From Tubiluchus corallicola (lineage: Eukaryota; Animalia; Priapulida), in contig JAQGDQ010000480.1 of NCBI GenBank assembly GCA_030141605.1, positions 107,586 to 171,585 on the forward strand: 64,000 nt of DNA, read 5' to 3'. Made by a program: the position numbers and the translations under genes. Shown here one piece after another: positions 49,301 through 61,300 of the stretch. The stretch's first letter is position 1, and each line of letters opens with the position of its first letter. A model generated the notes under the pieces. The model saw nothing but the letters and a program-made list of their open reading frames with translations, had not been told where the DNA came from and made no database searches.

Positions 49301-52300
49301 GGGTTACTGTCGAAGGTGCTCCAGCGGGCTGTTGTTGTTACTGTTCAGTTGAATTTCATTATTCTTGTTTGCACATTTAACTTGAAGAGGAGACACGCTG
49401 ACGTGTGGACTTTGTACGTCATAAAGGCAGAGACGGGAAAGTCTAACAAATTAATAAGTGATATTGTAAGCGGGCGGCAGATTGCAAGATTTGATTTCCG
49501 TTCCCGCTTTTGTGGAACCTGGTGTTTGCTCTAATGCTCGAGAGCAATCTTGAGCATTTTTGTTAAAAAAAATTGTGAAAATAAAAACGATTTGAAATCG
49601 TCGGTTCTTAATCAAAAAGGAAAACAAATTCTATTCTAGCAGCTCCTATAATTTTAGCCGTAGCAGGCCGTAGTATATTCTAATATCAACTACGTTCAAG
49701 CTGGGAAGTTTTGCAACCTCATCTAAACAATTTGTTATAGTTGTGTGCTGCCTCTTACTGCAGGAGCCTATCGTAAACGAGCACTGTACTCATTCAGGCT
49801 TATCCTGTTTAAAGATTTTGCATGATCATGATGATGATGACGACGACGACGATGATGATGATGATGATATATAGTCCATGAGTATGATTATAGTTGATGA
49901 TTACATTACATTATCACCAACGTCTTCTAGATGAACAATTGTAAGCATAGTAAGGAATGTTATACTGTACAAAAGACATGGCTTCTAAGTAAGCAGGTTA
50001 ATCGGTAGCTGCAGATGGTTGCAAACCCGACTTTTTCTTTGCTTTTCATCTACTGCAAGTTCGCTCGACCGACCAAGTCCTCAACTGCTGACATGCTGAT
50101 GAGGAATGGTCTGCCAGGGGCAAGACTGCAACATTAAACTGAAGCCCATCAAATGGCGTTAATCGCGTTTCCAAAGCATACTGAGATTTTCCCTAAAACA
50201 GGCAAGTTAAAAAACAACCTGTTTATCTAATCATTGTAATGTACTTACGTAAGTTATGATTTACTTAAGTTATTTTACCCCTTGTCATTTGCTAGTCCTC
50301 CATATGCACGTCAGGTTTATAAAATAACATTTACTTTTACTTTACTTACATTGACTCCCTCAAAGGTTCAAGGCTACTATTTTTGTTTTAGTGTGTAAAC
50401 CATTGTAGATTGTACTTTATCTAACATAGAATTGATTTATCAGGCTTCTTTCATCAGATCAAAGAAGAAACAGCAGCGTTGTTGGTTGGTTGCTTTGCAT
50501 GGTTGAACCCACCGACTAGTCTTGATTCCGCCCCGCTCTGCCACGTGTAAGAAACATGAGTCCCGGACACTCGGACGCGAAGTTCGACCGACAGATAATA
50601 AGTAATTAGCTAATGAAAGCCATCCCGTGAAAGCTGTCAGTTCTACTGCGGAAACGAGCCACACTTCCCGGTTTGCGTGGCCGGCACAAGGCTAATGGCC
50701 TGTTCACACCACGCAAAACCCGGGTTAAGCCAATACTTGAGATGTGCGCGTGTTACTAATCACACAGTTTATCTTACGATCTGTGACAAGATTAGTCGGG
50801 ATTAGGATAAGCTCAGGATCACAGTTAGGATGCTGTTTGCAAAAATGGGCTTATGTACATTTCTAAGTTTAATTAATAAGGTCATGCAGGTTATAAAAAT
50901 GGTCGAGTTTTCAGGAATGAAAACTATTGACTACTTGGAGTAAAGTTCATAACAAAAGCAAATTGAACTACAGTATTAGAATGCAATCATGATAAATACA
51001 ACATAACTACTTATCAATAAACATTTTTATGACAAATTATTATTTTTCTTTATAACTTAATTATTGCCTTTATCTAAATTAATATTATTCTTGGACTTGA
51101 TCTGATGATGAAAACGATGATGAATGATGGTGATTTTTATGTTGCTTCTCATGCGACAATGACGACGACGACACTGGTCGATGTTGTTGTTGCTGCTGCT
51201 GATGATGATGATAGTGATGATGAAGATGAAGATGTTGATAACAGAGATGACGACTATGACGATAATGCAATTCGTATTAAATTCTTTTCTGACAACTCTC
51301 TTATATTTCTTCTATGTCTGTCCCTATGAAGGATTCTTGTATAACGTTCCATTTCATAACTCTCTCAACTTTACTGAATGGCACCGGTTTTTGTGGGGTA
51401 AGTGTTGAGGTCGAAACACACTGCTGTGATCAGAGACTTGATTGATACCCCTTTCCCACTTCAATACTTCAACGTGGAACTCGTATTTGTGGAAATATTA
51501 TTGAAAGACACAAATGAACAGAAAACCGAATATATCACTATATAAAGTAAAGCAAAGCTAAAGAAGAGCAAATACACAAACAAACATAAAATGTAATCTA
51601 ACCGCACCCCGAATTTGAACTAGGATCTAAGGAATATAATAGCTGCCTCTGGTTCCAAAGCCATGACCACTAAACAATTTTTTGTAACCAAATTAAAAAT
51701 GTCTGTACTCAGTATATATTGGCAGTTTTTTAGTAGTATGTTTCGACCTTTAGCATTTAACGGACATTAATAAAAATCCTTAGGCCGCGTTTCCACTGCG
51801 CCCGCACAGACACAGACTTTTTTCTGTATGACTCCCACGGAAAAAAATTGATACAATGGCCCGCCTTTGAATACCATTGTTTTACGTGTCTGTCGTTTCC
51901 ACGGCGTCCGCACGGAAAGACACGTATACGCACGGATCCGCACTTTAGTTGTTCAGCCTTTTTTGTGCGGACGGACAAGCTCATTTTTTATAATGGAGGA
52001 CGAACAAGCCGCACGCGCTTTTGAGATCAGACCTGCTTTGTATGTCAAAAGTAACCCCAAATACACCCACAGTGATTTTACAAGACAGCTGTTGGCAGAA
52101 GTTGCCTTTCAGCTTAATACTGAAGGTAGAATATATGTAGTTTTGTTATTAAATTAACGTTTCTGTAAATTTAGGCTTGATTTTGCGATGCTATGGTGAT
52201 GGCATTTTTTTTAAATTTGTAGTATATACATGTATCTAGAATCTCTATTGCCACAATATTTCGACTTTGCCCTAAAAATTGCATTGCTTTGTTGTCCTGT

Positions 52301-55300
52301 TACGGGGAGAAAATAATAAGCTTCAAAACATTGTTAGTTTTATAACAAAAGCCACCTTTTATTTGAAGTGAATTCTTCCCTACTATTTAAATTCCCTTAG
52401 AAAACACGCTGCAACATACGTACGTGTAAAATCATAATCAACTGCAAAATATTAGTAATAACGAGAAAAGCTACAGTAGATAATTTTAAGGCTTACGGAA
52501 TGAGTGCGGTCCCAATGGAAACAACTTTTGCGGACGTAAAACGTGCGGACAGAAAAGTCTGTGTCTGTGCGGACGCAGTGGAAGCGCGGCCTTATTGTAC
52601 ATGCATTTCTTATGTAGTTAGAGTTTTTCAAATTAGAATTATTTACGTGTCATGTGCTTGTTTAATATTATCTTACCTTTTCTACACTACGATGTTTAAG
52701 ATGAAGTAAGTCCTACCTAGGTTAGCTGAACTACATGTTCAATTAATTGGTACATTTATGATTACTGTTTATTAGTAAAACTTAGCTGTTGTTTTGTGCT
52801 TGACTCTGATTTTTTTACATTTTCCGCTTTTCACAGATTCTTCTTAATTTCGTCTGTGCATCGATAACAACCCTAGAATTTTCGGTGGTTGTAGCTTAGA
52901 AAATAGTCTCAAGATAGTTTCAGATAAATTTTTGGTCGATGTCAAAATAGTTTTATATTCTTTTTGTATCTTTAGTTACTATTTTATCTATATGAGATAA
53001 AATGATGAAATATAAATATCTCACTTGCATCAATCTCATTTCAATTCAGAACTCTTATTTAACTATCGTAGCTCATTGTGTTTTCTTTTCACAGAAAAGG
53101 GTTTATTTCCCATTGTTTTCAACTTGGCTGCTAATGCTAAAATAGAAGTGAATTCCACATGTGGAGAACTCGAACCAGAAACCTACTGTAAACTAGTGGA
53201 ACATGTGGTCGATGCTCCAAAAGACAGGTGAGAGAATTCCGTAAAAATATTTCGGTATTATGAGTCTGTGTACATAACAACATTCTCTTACGAATGTCTA
53301 GTCATTAGCGTTAGTTTTTACATCTAGGTTACATTTCATTAAAAATACATTTTTGTGCCATATTTGTACTACCCTGCAAACTCGGGCTTTTGTTTTCTTT
53401 TTGCTCTTCCTTCGTGCAGCACCGTTTATAAGTTGGTAATATGAACTCAATTTTCTTCCAGCCAGAATCTCGTCTGTGGTTCATGATTTTGACTCAAATT
53501 TATCTTGTGTTGTGGGAACATTTGACGAAATATTCAATTAGAGTACCTAACAGAATTATGAAAGTCCAAAAGTAAAGTATTTATTTTCCGGGATCGTTTT
53601 TGAAAATGGAAAGCTACAAAGTGGTTTAGCATGCACGTGAAATGGTAAACGTTCAAAAACAAAATGGTCTATTCTATTCTATAAAACCTTTTAACGCACG
53701 GACTTGTTTGGGTCTTGCTGGATATTGTTGTGGTGTGTTTGCCGGCCTTTCTTGGGTCTCGTAAAATGTAAAACACTTCTTAAAGCCGATTTTGTATTTA
53801 TGATGGACTTATCTAACCACTGATTGTTGTAGTTATGTTAGCTATGTTCTTGTGTTTCAGGCAACCTCAGTGCTCTATCTGCGACCTAAACAGCGCCGAT
53901 GAGACGTTACGCCATCTTCCCGAATATGCCATTGACGGTAGCCATAGATGGTGGCAAAGTCCCTCCTTGGCCAATGGACGTAACTTCAACTTTGTCACAA
54001 TCACTCTGGACTTGGGTCAGGTAATGAGTTGATAGAATAATTCCCTATTGATCATTGAAAATAGATTGAATTTTCACTGGATATTGTTGTGGTGTGTTTT
54101 GCCCGCCTTTCTTGAGGTTCAGAAGTAGTAAAAAACTTCTTAAAGTGGATTTTGTTGTTATGTTAAGCTTATTTAACCTCTATTTGCTGTAGCTATTTTT
54201 ACATACTATTTTATGAACAATAGATGATTACATCCACTGGAGGAAGAGTGAAATTTACACATGGAAGGAATTAGTGGTTGACTGTTTAATAAGACAACGT
54301 GTTTTGTTAGAAAATGTAATAATAATTTATGAATCATAGAGGGCTTGAGTTTGAGAATTAGTATTTGATACATATTGGTTTTACTGTAGCACCTATACAC
54401 TATAAGCCTGTGCTTCAGTGACGTTGAGTTAGTTGCGCATTCAAAACTCTTTAAAGTACATTCCCTCGTACATTAAGAATTCATTCATATCATTTTTAGT
54501 GCAATAAAAGTAATTAATTAGTGTTCCATGGTGCAGTGAATAGGATTTGTCGAGCAGATTTGTTTGGCTGAAGCTTTAATTAAAGCCTCCATTGTTAATG
54601 AAGGTAAACTTGTCAACATCGCAAAGCTCTAGTGTAAACACACAACTCTGCAAGTGTAAACAGTCTTGCGCCTGCTGACTGCATGCTCCGAGTTGCATAA
54701 TGTGAACAGGGTTTTATTTGTTCACTGATCAGCACATGTTAGGATGATGTATGACGTCACATTGCGTTATATGCTTACATTAACAACATTAAGTACAACT
54801 TGTCTATAGGTAGGTCTAACAAAAAAAATTGTCGTTTCTTTAGCAATATTGTAAAAAAAGTTCAGTTAGGAAAACAATTCGATTTAAATTTTTTTTGGCG
54901 TGCATAAATTCAAGCATTGGTACATATTACCAGAGCCTGATTATGACTTTTACGGATCCTAAGCAAATTAAAATTATGGAGCCCTTCAGACGAAACCACC
55001 CTCTAATTTGCTCGCACTCGTCTCATTTTTTTTAAATGATATACTTTAGCAATATTTGCATAGCTGGGCCCCATATTTCAAATGAAGGTCTTCAAAGAGT
55101 GGCTCTTATCTCAAGTAAAGGGCCTCCAACAAAAACCTTTAAAAGTTGTCGCAAATAAAAGGCCTCAAACAGAGATTCTTTATCTCAAACTATGTTTATT
55201 CTTTATCTGAAAATTGGATTTTCAGACTTCCTGGCCTGTTTTAAAGTCAGCAATGCAAAGTATGCCCCCTCCCAGCTTGAGGGGTCCTAGGCTGCAGCCT

Positions 55301-58300
55301 ATACTAGCCTATAGGATAATCCAGCCCTGCATATTACATTGACATGCATTTACCTTAATCAAAAACAATATAGTGCTACAATATCAAAAACAATATAGTG
55401 CTACAATATACATGCACGTAATTATAGAGAAGAACTGAGAACCGCATGGCAATAAGGTTACCCATCTACTTTACCTAATAATACGAAATCGATGGTAAAA
55501 ATGGAATTATGTTACTTCATGCAGGAAAATCAGAAGAGGAGATGTGTAGAAAGAGAAAAATATTGCACTGTAAACAACAACGAAAATCCATAAGGGAAAT
55601 TTGGAGGTAGCAAAAATTCTGCAAACAAGAAACCAAAATACTGCATGGATAGAAATCATTAGCAACAAACTAGTAACTAGTAAATTCGTGCAATTTTTTT
55701 TTAATTATGGTTATTCATACAGTAGAACAATGTTGGTTAGCTAGCTTAAATCGGTATAGATCCGCCATGGGAAATAAACATGGCAACACATGTCCACGGC
55801 CTTACTGAAGCCAAGTGTTTGTTTAATGGATGGCTATTTGTTGATTGTATTATGAGTGACCATTACACTGGCCGCTGGTCAGTTGGTTATCATTATGTAA
55901 ATGTGTGGGGCCCTTACAGTTGAAAACTAAGCAGTTAAGTCAACTGGCATTTTGCAGCAGGTATTGTGCAGAAGCGTTGTTGATGTGTTACTTGACTGGT
56001 CTCTGAGGCTATAACTTATATAAAAAAGCCAAGATTTTAAACTCACTATTGAACCCGTGCTCTTGTCGATCATGCAAATATTTGCTGACACTGTTGCAAT
56101 CGAAGCTTTCAAATATGTATCTTTACATGTACAGAATAATCGTCTGTTATTTTCCTCTTGGATCATTCTTAACTTCACTTCTTGTGGTCAAGTTTCATTT
56201 ACATTTTATGGTACAATTGTTAGCGGTAAGAAATGTAGAATTTTCTGTTAAAGTGATGTTCACCTTAAATTCGTTTATTCTACACATAAATACCCTGAAT
56301 ACTTCGGTATATAAATTAAAAGGGCATTAAAAAAGCTACATCACTTTTAAATTTTATGCCTATTTATGCTTAGTCATGTTACTGTGATTAAGGCCATGTT
56401 ACATATAGGTCTAATACTGCCTATATGCCTATTAACTTGATAGCCTTAATACTATTTATATAAACTAATTAATAACAATGTAAACTGAATAATGTATTAA
56501 TAAACTAAATTATGTATCAATAATTATGTAAACTAAGTAATAACTAATTCGAGTGTATTTCAAATTTAGCAAAATTCTCTGGGTGTCTAAAGAAGAATAA
56601 AGTTTTCAGGTTTTAAATGTCAACTTTTAAAGCACGAAATGGGCGGTGCAGTCACAGATTCGGCTCTATCCTTAGTCATTATAAAGAAAATATTCAGTGC
56701 GACGTGCGAATAGTGTTTATTTTTCAGACAAAAGCTTCATGAGAGGGAGAGAGAGAGAGTTTCCTTGGCGGGTTTTTCTTCGCTGGTTCAATATTTTTAT
56801 TCGTACAGTGTCTACAAAACTAAATATTATTCTGCTACACGAAGACCGTTTTGAAAACGGTAAGATTGGCCTCTGTATGGTACCGCCACAGCCTATGGCA
56901 CTTATTTGAACCTTTTGACTGTAGACTGTCAATCTGGCTCGGCCTGATTCCGGGCAATTTGGGTGGAAGATACTCTCAGCAGTATCTTCATCAGTTCCTA
57001 AATACTGTCATTTGGTCTCCAGAATCCGTTTTGCCACCTACTGCTTATATTTTTATCGTGGATGCAGAACATATTCTTTTAAAACCAGTTTTTTTCCTCG
57101 GAAATCTTATCTGCGGAATTCGGTATGACGAACTTGGTTGCCTATTAACTACAACCTGGTGGGCACTTCTTGGCTTCAAGAAGAATAAGCTGCAAATTGC
57201 TAAAACTGGATTCTAATTAATCATGTAACTAATTATTAATTAATTATTAAGGAAAAGGTGAGACAGTAAGCCAGACAATGTATCTTATTCATATTCTGAC
57301 TGGCATACGTTCCACTTTGTCCGTTAAGGAAGCTAATATCCAGAGGCAGCTTGACAGATGAAGCTCTCCAGGAGTAGTTTTCCAGTGGTTACTCATCCAA
57401 TTACCACCTTGGGTCTGCCTAACTTCAGTCGCTATTCGCCCCAGCTATTACCGTGCCATTTCCGTTACCGTTGTCGAATACTAGCATCGCTCGCCGCTTT
57501 TCAGCCGTAGAAAGCATTTTTTGAGGTGGAATTCCAAGCACTGAACTGCTGAATACGTTTCTCAAAAGAAAATCCCAGTATTTGTCCCTCGCATTCATAC
57601 ATTTCAGCGCTTCTGTACACACTCGTAGGTGCTTAGTTCAATATTTGTTTGAGAGTATTGGACGTAGGTTTACCTCCTTAGGGTGTAACGCACCTTTCCA
57701 TAACAAATCTTTTGATGTGGGCCGCCTCTGAGTTCTCTTTTGAGCGGTGAGCTTGTTTGCGTTTTAGTTCATCTGCCCATCTTAGTGGTTTTTAGCTATT
57801 GTCTGGTGGCTAGTGTAGAAGCGCATGTTAAACTAGAACAGCTTGACATTCCAGTTTCAAAATCATGTTAAGTTTTTGCAGAGAGCACGGGTGAACGGTA
57901 ACTCCGGTAATTAGGACTCCTATGGATGCATTACCTTTTAGCCTAAGTGAAGATCCGAACAGACATACAATTCAGAGACATGTATCTTTAAAGTACAAAA
58001 ACACTCTTCGTAAATAAAGCTTAAAAAATCGTCGTGTTTTTTTATATAACGTACGTGCTGTCTTACTGCATACAGGGCTTGCGCTAGCAGCAACGCTGTT
58101 TGAAACTAATATATTTAAGCTCCCGCGATGACTATTAAGCGCAGCCATTCAACGGTAAGTCGTTTGAAACAAATTTAGATTACACTGCGTGAAGTTTGAA
58201 AAAAATAATAGATCATTCGTAGCACACTCTTCGCTGACTAAGCATAAATTTAAATTACTTTATATTGTCAATAAGATCAACATTGTTTTTGGTGAATCAG

Positions 58301-61300
58301 CGGTGAACCCTGGGATGGCAATGTAGTGCCATTTTACCATATGGCGCAAACATTTAAATTGCTGTAAAATTCTTAATGTTTACTTGAAAATAAGTTTCTT
58401 AAGTAAGCGTAATGCTAAGTGCCAACTTTCCATGGAAAGTCTTTAAAATATCCTTTCTTCTTCTTCTTTAACAATGAGGAAATAAAATGACAGACCATAA
58501 ATGGGTGTGATGAGTGTAAAATAGGCCTATGTAACTTACCATCGATTACATGAAATTACAAAGCTTTGGAGAATTAAAGCATAACGCTGAAATAAACCAA
58601 TTAGATTCTTTAGACAATTTGACACTCGGCAGTGACAAGGTCTACCCAGTATAGCTGATTGTGGTAGGACAGGAATCTATCTTAGTATCAGTAATATTTT
58701 TCTTAGATAAACTACTAAGCTAATTTATAAGCTTTGTCCCTCAACAAGGATGCATAAACGTTGTCCCTCAGTGAGGCAAATGTCAAATGAAATAGCACAA
58801 AAGCAGTTTTCTGGCAGTCATCCATCCATTTACAGGCCTGACTTAATGTTGTGCTACTTTAGTTACAAACAGATACAATGCTCACTCAGCTACTCTTCTT
58901 GTCCTTAACACTGTGTATTGTGATTGTAACGCAACCAATTTATAAACTATTCAAAGTAAACAAAATATTCAGACAAAACGATATTAAATCGTCCACGACG
59001 GACCCTTTTAACTAGGATCACGGGTAAATATTGTTTGATATTTGCAGGTATTTCAGGTGGCATACATAATAATAAAAGCTGCTATTTCTCCCAGGCCGGG
59101 AAACTGGATTCTGGAGCGTTCGGTGGACGGGATAGATTACAAACCATGGCAGTATTATGCAATGACTGATTCAGACTGCTGGAATACTTATGGTAGGTCA
59201 CTCTATAATTTTGTAAATGTTCACAGTTTACCAGGCTAAGTATCACTTGCGGTTAAGTTACAAATGCTTATTTGAGATTTTTCGTATTACGATTTTAGCA
59301 ACTGGTCCTATAGTCACTGAAATGCGTGCCACTAGTTTCGGTCGCTCAAGATTGAGACGAGTCTTAACCAGTTTTGGCACAAATACGGCCTGATTTTTAT
59401 TGCTACAGCACGTGAAAATAGATTAGGTGCATTTTCCGATAGCGGGGGGGGGGGTAATACTAAATCGAAAGACAATATTATTACATACAACAAGGAATCC
59501 ACGAGACTTCGTAATGCACAGATAATTTGTGACATTTTGTAGCAGTTTTTCTGAGGTAACGAGCTAGTTATAAAAAAACTTGAGGTCTTACTGTTGTCAT
59601 TCAGCGAATTTTAGGGAACAACCTCTAACAATACCAGAAAAGCAGTAAACATATAACTAATACATTTCTGAGGGCTAAGTTTGAATGTAGACATTCTATA
59701 ACGTAATTATAATATTATTATAACTGTGATGCTTTGTGTGGTGTGTGTCCTCAGTCATCAGTGAATCAACAAAATGAAGGGCTTACTCAGTATTATACAG
59801 TGTTGCTTAAAGCTTAACTTTGCATGTAGATTGTAAAAGACAGCGTTTTGGTGGCCTTTGACCTTGGGTCACTCACAATATCTTGTATTTAATATCAAAA
59901 CTGATCAGAATTTGCTTTACGATTTAAAAACCTTTTCAAATTAAGCAACTGAGGGCCCCTGACCTATTTTCTGTTAGAAATGTCCAGCGCTTGACTCCAC
60001 CCGCATTGTGAATTTTTTTACAGGTTTACAACCCACGGTTGGATTACCTCGCTACAGAAGTGATGATGAGGTCATTTGTACTTCTCGTTATTCACATTTA
60101 GAGCCATTGGAGAAAGGAGAGGTGGGTCTCCTTCTCTCTTTCTCTCTCTCTCTTTCTTTCTCTCTCTCTCTCTCTCTCTCGCTCTCTCGCTCTCTCTCTC
60201 CCTCCTTTCCTCACTTCTTTCTCTTTCTATCTGTGTTTTTCTCCCCGTTTCTTTGTTCCTCAATCTCTCGCTCTCATACACTCTCATTGACTCTTTCTCT
60301 TCCTTTCAACGACCTTCTCTTAACTTTCAACTTCTTTTTAAGTTTTCCCTCTTTTTTGATCTTATTGTATTTTTCTGTCTTCTGTTAGCCTACCCATTCC
60401 TTGTCCACCATGTACAACTTTCCTAAAAAGATACGATCCATATCTTATTTATTAGGTCTACTTGGTGTGCATGGTGCTTATCAAACGCTATCTAAACATG
60501 TCATATAAATGGTAACTTTCGCTGTAGAAATAGCAGCCGACCAATCGAGTTTGTTTATTGATTTTTCGTCTGCTTGTTTACTTGTTTATGAAGCGGGCCA
60601 CCGACTTCTTGTTGCTGGTGGTGTAAATAAAACTAAAACTACGGGGTAAAACTTTCAAACATCCCACTACGTAACACAGTTATTTAGAATTGGCAGCTTT
60701 TACAGTATTTTTTCAATAATAACGGTGTTATTTGCCACATTTTCTTCACAGAAGATTTAGAATATTTTCCTACAAATGATTTTCCTCGTTAGGCTTACTC
60801 ATTTTCTCATTATGGTGGGGTTTTTATAATTGTAGTGCATGCAAGTAATTTACATGCAAGGTCTCGAGTAAATTACTAGGGGTGAGCATCGAACATTTGA
60901 GTTCGAACCTAAAAATTATAGATTCGAGTAATTCAGCACTTCAGTCACATACGTTCTTTATCATTAGAACGATTGAAACGTCATGGAAATAGCACAATTT
61001 TTTTGTGATTTCTGTGCACAATTTTAAACAAATTGTTAGTAGTTTTACTGCAGAACAAAAGTGAGTAATGTGCATGATCTTTGTAAGACTAACCTTTACT
61101 GGTGGTTCGAAAACTTGTTCGAAAATCTCAATTCGAATTCGAAATACTGGCGTTTGTTTCAATTCGAATTCGAAAGTCGCAAATTCGATTCGAATTCGCT
61201 TTCTGGTAGAAAATGTCTACCTCTATTAATCACGAGAAGAATAATTATGTTATGATACAGCAATGACCATTAAAAGTGTTTTATCACATTCGTTGTATAG

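Noticed and set aside
50088-50140. CTGATGAG followed by a hairpin as an active hammerhead (also 35941 and 56965..56995 minus)
   Set aside because: No GAAA box after stem II and no stem I/III closure.
50697-50760. GGCCTGTTCACAC as a second Harbinger terminus
   Set aside because: No matching opposite TIR or TWA duplication found by eye.
51085-51408. Poly-Asp, poly-His and poly-Met ORFs
   Set aside because: Trinucleotide low-complexity tract open in several frames, no splice context or domain.
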